This document shows, piece after piece, positions 27,026 through 36,964 of a stretch of 59,298 bases of DNA. Source of the DNA: an uncultured Candidatus Saccharibacteria bacterium (GTDB taxonomy: Bacteria; Patescibacteriota; Minisyncoccia; JACQLN01; CAZPCT01). Position 1 is the first letter of the stretch. Each line of letters opens with the position of its first letter. A program made the position numbers and the translations under genes. Below the pieces are notes generated by a model. That model made no database searches and was not told where the DNA came from. It saw only the letters and a list, made by a program, of their open reading frames with translations. Location: NCBI GenBank assembly GCA_964600085.1, contig CAZRHU010000002.1, forward strand, positions 1 to 59,298, given 5' to 3'.

Positions 27026-28978
27026 TTAAGACTCTAGATTAATTATATCTTCATCGTAGCAGGTGTTATCTTTAAAAGAAATTAATTTAATAGGAATATC
27101 AGCTACAAATCTTGATGGTATATTAACTTGAGTTGAGCCAAATAACGTTCTTTGTTTGGTGAAGGTTAAGTAGGCCACGTCTTTGGCTCTCGTGATACCC
27201 ACGTAACACAACCGCCTTTCTTCTTCTAACTGTTGAAGCTCTGAAAAACTTCTAGAGTGTGGAAGCAGTCCCTCCTCACAGCCGGTTATAAACACAACAG
27301 GATACTCTAAACCTTTTACTGAATGAAGGGTCATTAAATTTATAAATTCTCCGTTACTACTTATCTCATCGCTAGGCGAAAGAAGAGCTATTTCTTCTAA
27401 GAAGCTTTCCAGCGCTTCTTTTGGCGGTAGTTCATTAAATTTTTGGGCTACTCCAACGAACTCTCTAACATTCTCCCAACGAGATTCTCCCTCAACTGTT
27501 CCGTCATTTATATATTTTTTATATTTCGTCTTTTTTAATACTAACTCAATAGTTTCACTTAAAGTTTTTTTACTAGATTCTTCTCTAAGAAAATCCAATA
27601 GAGAAGAGAACTTCTCTACTCTTTTACTGTTTCGATTCTTTTTATTATCCTTATCTGAATCTATTATATATTGAAGAGTTACTTCTCCAATACCTCTAGG
27701 CGGGGTGTTGGCCACCCTTCTTAAAGAAACGTAGTCTCTCGGATTTTTTATCAATCTTAAATAAGCAATAATATCTTTTATCTCTCTTCTTTCATAAAAT
27801 TTCACAGAACCAATTATCTTATAAGGTAGCCCCGAAGAAACTAGCAACTCTTCAAGAACTCTTGATTGGGCATTAGTGCGATAAAGAATAACGATATCAC
27901 CCAGAGATTTTATTGGAGATTTTCTATCTTTTAGTAAGCGTTCTATTTCTTCAACTACGAATGCGGCTTCTTTGCTCTCTGTGCTACTCTTTACAACTTT
28001 TATTTTTTCTCCCTCCTTTTTTCTAGTCCACAGTCTTTTATCTGTTCTTTGGGTATTTTTTTCTATCATCGCTTGAGCAGCGTTAAGGATATTTTGGGTG
28101 GAGCGATAGTTTTCTTCTAAAGTTACCACTCTTGCTTCGGGCCAATCTTTTTTAAAGTTTAATATATTACGGAAATCAGCGCCTCTAAACATATATATAG
28201 ATTGCCAATCATCACCCACTACGCATATATTTTTATGGTTTGAAGACAGCTTTTTTAGGAGCGTGTACTGGGCGTGGTTTGTGTCTTGATATTCATCAAC
28301 GAGTATATACTTAAATCTATCCTGGTATTTTTTTAGAACGCCCGGATATTTTTCAAACACCTTTATTGGCAGTAATAAAAGATCATCAAAATCCAGAGCA
28401 TTAATTTCTTTTAATCTCTTTTCATATATCTGATAAATTTTAGCCACAACTCTAGAATAAAAGTCTTCGGCATTTAACACATATTCTTCCGGGTCAACTA
28501 ATTCGTTTTTTTGCATAGAGATGGTTGAGAGAACTCCTCCCGGTTGAAAATTACTACCAGGAACGTCTTCTCTCTTCATTATTTCTTTAACCAGGGCTCT
28601 CCTATCTTTTTCGTCATAAATAATAAAGTCGCCAGATCTTCCCAAAAGGCCAATTTCTTTTCTTAATATTTTTGCTCCTAAGGCGTGGAAAGTTCCCATT
28701 TCGGGCTTTCCTCTATAAACAACCCCCTTTTTATTAAAAGAAATTTTTTTTAAAAGATTAAAAACTCTTTCTTTCATCTCGTTAGCAGCTCTATTGGTAA
28801 AGGTTATTGCCAGTATATTTTCGGGAGGAACTCCCTCTCCTATAAGGTAGCTTATTCTATGAGTAAGAGCCCTGGTTTTACCAGAACCAGCTCCGGCAAT
28901 AATAAGAAGAGGCCCTTCTTTTGTTTGGACGGCTTTTTTTTGTTCTCTATTTAAGTCTTTAAGAATTATTTCTTTCAT
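27026..28978 (-). CDS. pcrA: UvrD/PcrA-type superfamily 1 DNA helicase
   Basis: Motif I AGAGSGKTRALTHR, motif II VDEYQDTN, motif III VGDDWQSIY and motif VI VGITRAKD. Confidence 0.9.
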   Translation of the reverse strand: MKEIILKDLNREQKKAVQTKEGPLLIIAGAGSGKTRALTHRISYLIGEGVPPENILAITFTNRAANEMKERVFNLLKKISFNKKGVVYRGKPEMGTFHALGAKILRKEIGLLGRSGDFIIYDEKDRRALVKEIMKREDVPGSNFQPGGVLSTISMQKNELVDPEEYVLNAEDFYSRVVAKIYQIYEKRLKEINALDFDDLLLLPIKVFEKYPGVLKKYQDRFKYILVDEYQDTNHAQYTLLKKLSSNHKNICVVGDDWQSIYMFRGADFRNILNFKKDWPEARVVTLEENYRSTQNILNAAQAMIEKNTQRTDKRLWTRKKEGEKIKVVKSSTESKEAAFVVEEIERLLKDRKSPIKSLGDIVILYRTNAQSRVLEELLVSSGLPYKIIGSVKFYERREIKDIIAYLRLIKNPRDYVSLRRVANTPPRGIGEVTLQYIIDSDKDNKKNRNSKRVEKFSSLLDFLREESSKKTLSETIELVLKKTKYKKYINDGTVEGESRWENVREFVGVAQKFNELPPKEALESFLEEIALLSPSDEISSNGEFINLMTLHSVKGLEYPVVFITGCEEGLLPHSRSFSELQQLEEERRLCYVGITRAKDVAYLTFTKQRTLFGSTQVNIPSRFVADIPIKLISFKDNTCYDEDIINLES

Positions 28979-29040
28979 TTCTATTTGATTTTACGCTAAA
29001 AGATCTTCTTAGACAAAAAATACTGCTGTGGAAACCCCCC

Positions 29041-29069
29041 TTGACGATTTTAAAAACTGGCATTAGTAT
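29041..29069 (+). promoter_or_regulatory. candidate promoter TTGACG-N17-TAGTAT
   Basis: TTGACG at 29041-29046 and TAGTAT at 29064-29069, upstream of the LysM-M23 gene. Confidence 0.45.
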
Positions 29070-29304
29070 ATAATCGTATCTTCTAAAGGGTACACTTTTG
29101 TCTTTTTAGAATTAATACAAAAAAACGATAGGAGGGTTAAAAACCTTTATTTTAAACCATTTTTCGCGCGGTTTTATAAAGAAATATCCTATTAGTATTA
29201 AGATAAAATATAAATCTATTAAAAGTCTGCTTTTATTCGTTAAAAAGCAGAAGCTGTTTTTTTGGAGCAGGTTTAGTAAAAAGGGGCTTTCCATACCTCT
29301 TTTT

Positions 29305-30336
29305 ATGCTTTTAGGGTTATCTTTAGCAGTTGCTGGTCTTCTTAATATTCAAGATCCGACTCTTTCTAACTCAGAAAACGTTATAGAAGACCTGTCTGAT
29401 AGTGGTTTTTATTCTAAATTTTCCTCTTTATATCCCCAATTTCAGGGAGCAATTTTATTTTTAGGGGAAAAAACAACTCAGAAAGAGATTAACGCCGGTG
29501 GTCCGGAAAATATCGATGATTCCTTTGAATTAGCTACTGTTGGAGGAAGTTCTCTTTTGTCTAAGGGTCAGGTTTTAACCATAGCCCCCACCGCATCAAC
29601 TCTAACAAGAGAAGCTCTCACCTTTAAATATAAGGTTGCTAAGGGAGACACTCTGTCCAGTATAGCCAGTGATTTTGGAGTCTCTCTAGAAACTATTTTT
29701 TGGGCTAATAATATGAATTCTCGCTCTATTATTAAACCGGGAGATGAAATAACAATCCTTCCTATTGATGGTGTAACTCACGTGGTTAAAAGGGGGGATA
29801 CTGTTGAATCTATTACTCGGCTCTACAGGGCCGAAGTCAATGATGTTTTATCTTTTAATAGCCTTAATAGGGAGAGCATTATAAGAATAGGAGATGTTTT
29901 AATTATACCGAATGGTAAACCGCGTAGCGTTTCTCCAAGTCGGGCAAATTATACTACCCCCCTACACTCGCTTATTGATTTAACAGGTTATTTTAGTGTT
30001 CCCGCCCAAGGTCGTCTTACTCAAGGCCTTCATCCCTATAATGCTGTCGATATTGGCGGAAGAGATTTCTGTAACACTCCAATTTATGCTTCTGCTAACG
30101 GTAGAGTTATTAAAGCTGTTTCTAGTGGTTGGAATGGTGGTTATGGAAAATTTATTAAGCTATCTCATCCCAACGGAACGGTAACTCTTTATGCTCACAA
30201 TTCAGAGCTATTAGTTTCTTCCGGCGACCAGGTAACTCAAGGAGAAGTTATTGCTCTTATGGGCGATACCGGTAATACAACCGGTTGTCATGTTCACTTC
30301 GAGGTTCGTGGCGCCAGAAATCCATTTGGCGGATAG
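29305..30336 (+). CDS. LysM-LysM-M23 peptidoglycan endopeptidase
   Basis: Two LysM repeats (YKVAKGDTLSSIA.., HVVKRGDTVESIT..) and M23 motifs HPYNAVD and GCHVHFE. The reading frame is open back to 29131 with a basic plus hydrophobic N-terminal-like sequence but no ATG/GTG/TTG, so the true start is unresolved. Confidence 0.85.
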   Translation: MLLGLSLAVAGLLNIQDPTLSNSENVIEDLSDSGFYSKFSSLYPQFQGAILFLGEKTTQKEINAGGPENIDDSFELATVGGSSLLSKGQVLTIAPTASTLTREALTFKYKVAKGDTLSSIASDFGVSLETIFWANNMNSRSIIKPGDEITILPIDGVTHVVKRGDTVESITRLYRAEVNDVLSFNSLNRESIIRIGDVLIIPNGKPRSVSPSRANYTTPLHSLIDLTGYFSVPAQGRLTQGLHPYNAVDIGGRDFCNTPIYASANGRVIKAVSSGWNGGYGKFIKLSHPNGTVTLYAHNSELLVSSGDQVTQGEVIALMGDTGNTTGCHVHFEVRGARNPFGG

Positions 30337-30404
30337 TAAAAATTTAATAAATTACCACAAACAACAGGATAAAAGTGTAATATTAGGTGTTACACTTTTT
30401 TATT

Positions 30405-31931
30405 TTAATCTTCTTTCTGTCCTACTCTAAACTGCAGAGCTTCAGATAGATGCTTCGGTAAAATTTCGTCGTGCTGGTCTAAATCAGCTATTGTTCGGGC
30501 TATCTTCAATACTCGATGATAGGCTCTAGCCGAAAGTCCATAACGTTCTACGGCCAATCTCATTAAACCACCTCCCTCTTTAGAAATAGCGGAAAAATTT
30601 TTAATATCTTTTAAGCCCATCTCGCTGTTTAGAGAATATCCAAAACTTCTAAAACGATCGCTTTGAATTATTCTCGCTCTTTCTACTCTTTGTCTAATAA
30701 CCTCAGACGGTTCTGCAGACTCATCTGACGATAATTTATCATAATCAACCCTCGGAACATTTATATGGAGATCTATTCTATCTAATAGTGGGCCCGACAG
30801 TTTTTTTCTATACCTTTCTATTTGGTAGGGCGTACAGAGACAGGATTTTTTTGGGTCGTTTAAAAATCCACAAGGGCAAGGATTCATAGTGGCTATTAGC
30901 ATAAACTTTGCAGGAAAAGTTAATGTTCCTTGCACCCTGGAAATAGTAACTATTCCATCTTCAAGGGGTTGACGAAGACTTTCTAAAACAGATCGGTTAA
31001 ACTCTGGAAATTCGTCTAAAAACAAAACTCCTCGATGAGCGAGTGTTATCTCTCCTGGTTTAGGTATTGATCCTCCTCCCACGAGAGCGGCGGTAGAAGC
31101 TGAGTGGTGGGGCGTTCTGAAGGGTCTTTTAGTAATAACGGGCCTATTTCCAGTTGTCAGACCAGCTACCGAAAATATTTTTGTTACTTCTAGTATTTCT
31201 AACAGCTCCATTTTAGGCAAAACAGATACGAGGGCTCTAGATAAAAGTGTTTTACCCGATCCCGGGGGTCCAGACATAAGAATATTATGTCCTCCAGAAG
31301 CAGCTATCTCTAAAGCTCTCTTCACATTTTCTTGGCCTTTAATATAGCTAAAATTAGTAGCCCCGCCCTCCTTGTTTAGTTGTGGTATCTGATGGGGTGT
31401 AGCTTCTAAAATATTTTCTTCTAATAAGTGTTCTAAAATTTCCCGGAGACTTTTTACTGCTAAAACTTTAAGTCCTTTTACTAGAGATGCTTCTAATCTA
31501 TTTTCCCAAGGAACAAATATTTCTTCAAAACCTTTCTCTCTGGCCATTATTGCTGTGGGGAGAATACCATTAACGGGCCTAACTTTACCATCTAACGATA
31601 GTTCGCCCACAAAAATTTTATTTTTAGGATCAAAAAAAATCTGACCAGAGGCCAGAAGATAGGATAAAGCTATTGGTAGATCATACTTCGGCCCTTCTTT
31701 CTTTAGGTTGGCCGGAGCAAGGTTTACAACCACTCTTTGATTAGTTCTTTTTGGCGGTATAAGATTTGAATTTTTAATAGCTGAACCAACTCTTTCTTTT
31801 GACTCTTCTACTGCCTTATCGGGTAATCCAACGATAGAAAAATTATGAAGACCCCGAGAAAGATCAACTTCTACTTCTACTGGGTAAGAATCTAGACCAA
31901 CCAGTGTCGTTGAAAATATCTTAGCAGGCAC
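30405..31931 (-). CDS. comM: YifB/ComM-family Mg-chelatase-like AAA+ protein
   Basis: Lon-protease-like N-terminal domain, Walker A GPPGSGKT and Walker B LFLDEFPEF, with a C-terminal Mg_chelatase_C-like region. Confidence 0.9.
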   Translation of the reverse strand: MPAKIFSTTLVGLDSYPVEVEVDLSRGLHNFSIVGLPDKAVEESKERVGSAIKNSNLIPPKRTNQRVVVNLAPANLKKEGPKYDLPIALSYLLASGQIFFDPKNKIFVGELSLDGKVRPVNGILPTAIMAREKGFEEIFVPWENRLEASLVKGLKVLAVKSLREILEHLLEENILEATPHQIPQLNKEGGATNFSYIKGQENVKRALEIAASGGHNILMSGPPGSGKTLLSRALVSVLPKMELLEILEVTKIFSVAGLTTGNRPVITKRPFRTPHHSASTAALVGGGSIPKPGEITLAHRGVLFLDEFPEFNRSVLESLRQPLEDGIVTISRVQGTLTFPAKFMLIATMNPCPCGFLNDPKKSCLCTPYQIERYRKKLSGPLLDRIDLHINVPRVDYDKLSSDESAEPSEVIRQRVERARIIQSDRFRSFGYSLNSEMGLKDIKNFSAISKEGGGLMRLAVERYGLSARAYHRVLKIARTIADLDQHDEILPKHLSEALQFRVGQKED

Positions 31932-31945
31932 AAATATTTTAGAGA

Positions 31946-32290
31946 TTACTTAGAATGTTTTAGACAGGTAGTTGTCTCAGGTTTTGCTCTTAAGCGCTCA
32001 AGAGGGATTTCTTCTCCTCCCACTTCACAGATCCCATAAGATCCATCCTCTATTCTCTTTAAAGCTTTTTCTATCTCTTTTAGTCTTTCTTCTAAAGTTT
32101 CTTCAAGAGGAACGTTGGTAGCGTATTCAGCTACCTCGTGAGCGTTGTCATCCCACTCATCTCCAATGTCTTCATATTTAGCTTTCCAGTCTCCCTCTAC
32201 TTTTTCAGCAAAAGAGGATAACTCTTTTTCGAGCTGTTTTTTCTTTTCTTCTAGCTTACTTTTTAATTCTTCTAAAATCTTTTTATCCAT
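31946..32290 (-). CDS. DksA/TraR-like coiled-coil protein with degenerate zinc finger
   Basis: Coiled-coil N-terminus. The C-terminal YGICEVGGEEIPLERL..TTCLKH keeps only one Cys of each CxxC pair. Confidence 0.55.
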   Translation of the reverse strand: MDKKILEELKSKLEEKKKQLEKELSSFAEKVEGDWKAKYEDIGDEWDDNAHEVAEYATNVPLEETLEERLKEIEKALKRIEDGSYGICEVGGEEIPLERLRAKPETTTCLKHSK

Positions 32291-32561
32291 ATTTCTATTT
32301 TATTCTATAAGCTATTAAAAAACAAATCCTCATTAGTTATAACTAAATATTGAGCTAAATCGTTTTTAACAAAACTACCCCATTCTAATTTTGCGAGCGT
32401 GACAGAAGGGCAAAGCGCTTTGCCCACAAAAGGATAGACCTATTCGGTCCTCGTGCTTTATGAGGGCTTAGTCGTCTTATTACATTAGTTTATTTTTCAC
32501 ATTAAAATTAAAACAGGGTTAATATTTGTATCTAATCGCCAAGACTCTTTAGATAAATATT

Positions 32562-32588
32562 AAAAAAAAGCTGCCCGGAGCCAGGCAG
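32562..32588 (-). terminator. intrinsic terminator (minus strand)
   Basis: Minus strand CUGCCUGGCUCCGGGCAGC followed by U8 (A-run at 32562-32569 on the plus strand). Confidence 0.7.
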
Positions 32589-32880
32589 TTTATATGTTTT
32601 ACAAACAGCCTCTGCGGGCAGCTAGGTATCCTAGGATACAGGCTTTCGATGAAAGTAACCTGTGTTTCCCAATGAAGAAAGAACAAAGATTGACCTCTTC
32701 TACCTAAGGGGCTAGAAAAGATCGGTAAGAACTAGTTGAGGTGGGTACAAGAAAATTCATAAACGGCTTAGCAATGGCCGTGAAATCTTGTCTTAAGTAG
32801 TTTTTATCCCTCCAAAGGCTCTAGTTGAGCCAAAACTTACTTAAACCATTCAAGGTTACAGTAGTTTTATTAAAGAACTA
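32589..32880 (-). ncRNA. candidate structured RNA or long 3' UTR of unknown class
   Basis: About 290 nt with no credible ORF. GC-richer hairpins include ACAGGCUUUCGAUGAAAGUAACCUGU and GUAUCCUAGGAUAC. It ends at a strong terminator. Strand and class are uncertain. Confidence 0.3.
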
Positions 32881-33045
32881 ATGCTTTCTATTGTCTTTGC
32901 CCGAGACGATAGAATACTAATCCTCAAACTCTCCCATTTTAGGGTGAAAGAACTAGAACTGAGCAACAAAGAGTTTGATGACTACTTTTATTTTCGCACA
33001 GCCACTCCACAAGTCAAGCACAAAAAAGAAACAATTTTTCCACAA

Positions 33046-33567
33046 CTAAATCACAGAACTAGGTTTGGGCGGGTAATATTCTATTCTTTCTTTTTCTAAA
33101 TTAATAACAGATCCTTCTAGTTTTTCTAGATTATTTTTCACATATTTAGTTAGTAGCAATCTAGAAAAAAACTCTAATAAAGGGGCTGTTAAAGTTACCT
33201 CAAGAAAAAACTCTATTATTTTTTGGGTTTTACTCAAAGCACGTTTCCGGTAAAATTTTTGGAGATCAATCCAATTAACCGTTTTTTCTTTATTGATACT
33301 AGATTCGTCTAAAGATAAATTAAAACAAAAACAACCAGTTCTTTTAGAACGACTTCTTCGTCTTCCTAAAAAACTAGTCGTTAAAACTAATAAAACTCTA
33401 TTTAACCAAACTCTGTTTTTCTTTGAAACTACAATCAGGTCTATATCACTTCGGGGGTTTTGAGTTCCTCTAGCCAAAGATCCGGTTAAATAAAAACCTC
33501 TAGTAAAAGGCACTATTCTCATATAGGGTAAATGCCTTTTTATTGTTTTTAGGTTTTTCCCCTCCAT
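33046..33567 (-). CDS. Pol-beta-superfamily nucleotidyltransferase domain protein
   Basis: GSLARGTQNPRSDIDLIVV (GS..DxD) signature near the N-terminus. 173 aa. Confidence 0.7.
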   Translation of the reverse strand: MEGKNLKTIKRHLPYMRIVPFTRGFYLTGSLARGTQNPRSDIDLIVVSKKNRVWLNRVLLVLTTSFLGRRRSRSKRTGCFCFNLSLDESSINKEKTVNWIDLQKFYRKRALSKTQKIIEFFLEVTLTAPLLEFFSRLLLTKYVKNNLEKLEGSVINLEKERIEYYPPKPSSVI

Positions 33568-33587
33568 CTTTCTTCTATTTTAATCTT

Positions 33588-34739
33588 CTATTTTAGAGAG
33601 TTTATAGCAGAATACATAGAAGTTTTAGATGTTGTTATAACGAGAGTGTTTCTCTCAAGAATATAATCAATTGTTGCTGTGTTAATAGGAAAGTTTCTAT
33701 AACGAATCGGAACGCCTTGATAGGAAGCATTTAAGAAGGCTCCATTAGTAACATTTGTTTCTGCTAGTATAAGAGGTTCGAGGTCTGTTGCCATAGCGCT
33801 CTCCCAACTTCTAAGAATTCCATTTATCTCTGTCGAGCTGTTTGTCTCAAGAGCTAAGCCTAAACGACCGCCATAACAATTTGTAATTGTGGAATTTACT
33901 TCTTGGCACGTAGAACGATCAAATGAATTTTCTGGGTAGTAGAAGAGATCATAATTACCAGTAAGGTTGTTTGTTATTTCCTGAGGAATCCTTAGCCCTA
34001 AGAGTGATATTAATTCTGCTAAATCAACAACCTCTTTATTTTGATTTCCGTTGTAAATAAGAACCAATCTCGTGATAGAGTTTTTTAGAAAAGAAGCATC
34101 AATTAAATTGTTTATCTTATTTTTAAACTCTACTGAAGAAATATTATCTAAAGATATCTCTCTATAAGTGTTGTTGTAAGTTAAAAGGGGTGAGGGTATC
34201 TCCGGGGTAACAATATCCGGCTCTTCTTCTGGTTCAGGTAAATTTTCTTCTGGAGCTGGAAGAAAATCTTCCGGCGTTGTGGCTGGTTCGGGCTCTGCTT
34301 TAATAAAGAACCACCATATTTCACCGAATATAAACAAGACAATAACAATAGCTAAAACAGATAGTAAAACCAGCCTCTTTTTTCCTCCCCCTCTTCTAGG
34401 TGGTTTGGACGGTAACTCGCGGGGATTTTTTAGCTTTTCATTCACTCTCTTTTTTTCAGTATTTAAACCAATAGGAGCGGGGGCTTTTTGCTCTGCTCTA
34501 GGAGAAAGAAACTCTCCTTTTTTGGGTAGAGGTCTAGGCTTGGGAGGAAGTGGCGGTAATTCTCTATTTTCTTTTTTTGGTTCAGACATATTTATTTTTT
34601 GGGGCTCATCATCTTTTTTTGGGGAATCAAACTCTATGGGCACGTTAGATGGAGCCGACTCGCTCTTTCCACTTTCTAAATCTTTTTTCATAGATCTTAT
34701 TTGATAATTAGATTTTTGTGATTGTGGGTCTTGAGACAT
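33588..34739 (-). CDS. bitopic membrane protein with Pro/Lys-rich cytoplasmic N-terminus, unknown
   Basis: 383 aa with a central TM (LVLLSVLAIVIVLFIFGEIWWFFI) and an extracytoplasmic C-terminal domain. Confidence 0.6.
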   Translation of the reverse strand: MSQDPQSQKSNYQIRSMKKDLESGKSESAPSNVPIEFDSPKKDDEPQKINMSEPKKENRELPPLPPKPRPLPKKGEFLSPRAEQKAPAPIGLNTEKKRVNEKLKNPRELPSKPPRRGGGKKRLVLLSVLAIVIVLFIFGEIWWFFIKAEPEPATTPEDFLPAPEENLPEPEEEPDIVTPEIPSPLLTYNNTYREISLDNISSVEFKNKINNLIDASFLKNSITRLVLIYNGNQNKEVVDLAELISLLGLRIPQEITNNLTGNYDLFYYPENSFDRSTCQEVNSTITNCYGGRLGLALETNSSTEINGILRSWESAMATDLEPLILAETNVTNGAFLNASYQGVPIRYRNFPINTATIDYILERNTLVITTSKTSMYSAINSLK

Positions 34740-34829
34740 ATTTTTATTTATATGTATAAGGTTTATCTTTACTTTAAATTATATCGGTTATTGTCGATAA
34801 ATTAAAGTCATCCAATTTTAAAGGTCTTT

Positions 34830-36956
34830 TTAAGATTTGTCAGTTTTCTTCTTTGAGTGGAACTCTTTCATTGTAAGATCAATTCTTCCTTCGTTGTCTA
34901 TTTTCTTAACTCTTACTTTAACCTTATCTCCCACCTTAACAATATCTTCTACTTTGTTTACATGCCAAGGAGCAAGTTCGGATACGTGAATTAAGCCCTG
35001 TTTCCCGGGTAAGAATTCTACAAAAGCTCCAAAGTCTAATATTTTTACAACTCTTCCTTCATAAACTTCTCCAGGTTCAACCTCATGAGTTATTTTTTCT
35101 ACCCACTCTAAAGCTTTCTCGGCTGAACCAGCTTCTCCATTTTCCGAAGTTATAAATATTTGACCATCATCATCTATATCAATAGAAGCCCCCGTCTCTT
35201 CGGTTATCTGGTTTATGATTTTACCCCCAGGTCCTATTATCTCACCAATTTTTTTAGGGTCTATCTTTATAGTCATTACTCTTGGAGCGTGGTCAGAAAG
35301 ATTTTTTCTAGATTCCGATATGGTTTTATTCATAACTGCTAAAATTTCTAATCGGGCTTTTTTAGCCTGCTCTAAAGCGTCTTCTAATATTTTAATAGTT
35401 ACACCAAAAACTTTTACATCCATCTGCAAGGCGGTGATTCCATTCTCAGTTCCCGCCACTTTAAGATCCATATCTCCGTGGTGATCTTCCGGTCCTTGAA
35501 TATCTGTTAAGATAGAATATTCTTTTTCTGGTGATTTGGGGTCTTTAGCCATTAATCCCATAGCTATACCCGCTACAGCGCTGGAGATGGGCACTCCTGC
35601 GTCCATTAGGGCTAAAGAAGATCCACAGACAGAAGCCATGGATGTAGAACCGTTAGAAGAGAGTATCTCAGTAACTATTCTAATTGTATAAGGGAAATCT
35701 TCTCTTGAAGGAATAACAGGAGATACCGCTTTTTCCGCTAATGCTCCGTGCCCAATCTCTCTGCGACCTGTAAACATTTTTCCAGTTTCTCCAGTTGAAA
35801 AAGGAGGAAAGTTATAGTGGTGCATAAATCTCTTTTTACCAATAAACTCCATCGTTTCTAAAGATTGTTCTAATCCGGGAGCCCCAAGAGTTAAAATAGA
35901 TAAAGCTTGAGTAGCTCCCCTTTCAAACAATCCAGTTCCATGAGTGCGTGGTAAAACACCCACTCTAGAAGAGAGCAGTCTTACCTGGTCTAATTCTCTT
36001 CTGTCTGGTCTCTTTTTTTCTTCTAAGACGTTTTCATGAATAACGTCCGAAAGCTTATCTTCAAAAAGAATATCAGCCTCTCCTCTAACCCCTTCTTTAT
36101 CTGAAAATTTTTCAATTAAGGTCTCGATAACCTCACCCTTAAGGTCTTTCACCTTTTTTAGAGTAGGGTCTTCATCTAAGACCTTCTTAAGTCGATCTTT
36201 CTTCAAAATGTTTTCCATCTCGCTCTTTAATTCTTCATCAGCTTGAGGCATTTCATCAACTACCTTTTCTTCACCTATCTCTTTTCTTATCCTCTCTTGG
36301 AAACTTATAATCTCATCTATCTCTTTTTGAGCTGTTTTTATTGCTTTAATAATTATCTCTTCTGAAACTTCATTAGAGCTGGCTTCTATCATATTTATGA
36401 AACCAGACGGCCCAGATAAAACTATATCTAAAGACGAACTCTTTCTTTCTTTATAGGTTGGGTTGACGATAAGCCCTGATTCATCTTCAGAAACTCTTAC
36501 GGCGCCAATAGGGCCGTTCCATGGAATATTAGAAATAGTTAAAGCCGCTGAGACTGCAGCAAGAGCAGGAATATCCGGATCATTTTCTCCATCAAAAGAA
36601 AGATTGGTAACGACAACTTGAACATCTCTTCTTAAACGCTTATTGAAAAGAGGCCTTATGGTTCTATCTATAAGTCGGCCCGTTAAGACTGCTTCATCTG
36701 TTGGTCTTCCTTCTCTCTTTATCCAACGAGAACCCTTTATCATTCCGGCGGCATAAAATTTCTCATCAAAATCAACAGAGAGAGGAAAGTAACTCATCCC
36801 CTCTTTTTTCGATTCACTCATAACAACCGTAGCCAAAACTACGGTTTCTCCATATTGAGCTTTCACGGCGCCACTGGCTTGACCGGCCAACTCTCCTGTT
36901 TCTAATACTAATTTCTTTCCACCAAACTCTAACTCAAATTTTTTTAATTCTCTCAT
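34830..36956 (-). CDS. pnp: polyribonucleotide nucleotidyltransferase (PNPase)
   Basis: Two RNase PH domains followed by KH (GPGGKIIN) and S1 domains. 708 aa. Confidence 0.95.
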   Translation of the reverse strand: MRELKKFELEFGGKKLVLETGELAGQASGAVKAQYGETVVLATVVMSESKKEGMSYFPLSVDFDEKFYAAGMIKGSRWIKREGRPTDEAVLTGRLIDRTIRPLFNKRLRRDVQVVVTNLSFDGENDPDIPALAAVSAALTISNIPWNGPIGAVRVSEDESGLIVNPTYKERKSSSLDIVLSGPSGFINMIEASSNEVSEEIIIKAIKTAQKEIDEIISFQERIRKEIGEEKVVDEMPQADEELKSEMENILKKDRLKKVLDEDPTLKKVKDLKGEVIETLIEKFSDKEGVRGEADILFEDKLSDVIHENVLEEKKRPDRRELDQVRLLSSRVGVLPRTHGTGLFERGATQALSILTLGAPGLEQSLETMEFIGKKRFMHHYNFPPFSTGETGKMFTGRREIGHGALAEKAVSPVIPSREDFPYTIRIVTEILSSNGSTSMASVCGSSLALMDAGVPISSAVAGIAMGLMAKDPKSPEKEYSILTDIQGPEDHHGDMDLKVAGTENGITALQMDVKVFGVTIKILEDALEQAKKARLEILAVMNKTISESRKNLSDHAPRVMTIKIDPKKIGEIIGPGGKIINQITEETGASIDIDDDGQIFITSENGEAGSAEKALEWVEKITHEVEPGEVYEGRVVKILDFGAFVEFLPGKQGLIHVSELAPWHVNKVEDIVKVGDKVKVRVKKIDNEGRIDLTMKEFHSKKKTDKS

Positions 36957-36964
36957 TTTATTTT

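Noticed and set aside
32291-32880. RNase P RNA, tmRNA, SRP RNA or 5S rRNA in the long gap.
   Set aside because: I looked for GGAAAGUCC with a partner ACAGAA..GGCUUA on the same strand, a GGUUCGAAUCC T-loop with ACCA, the SRP GNRA/AGCA motif and 5S loop motifs, and found none. Two GGCUUAG strings occur, but without the complementary P4 strand. The class is left open.
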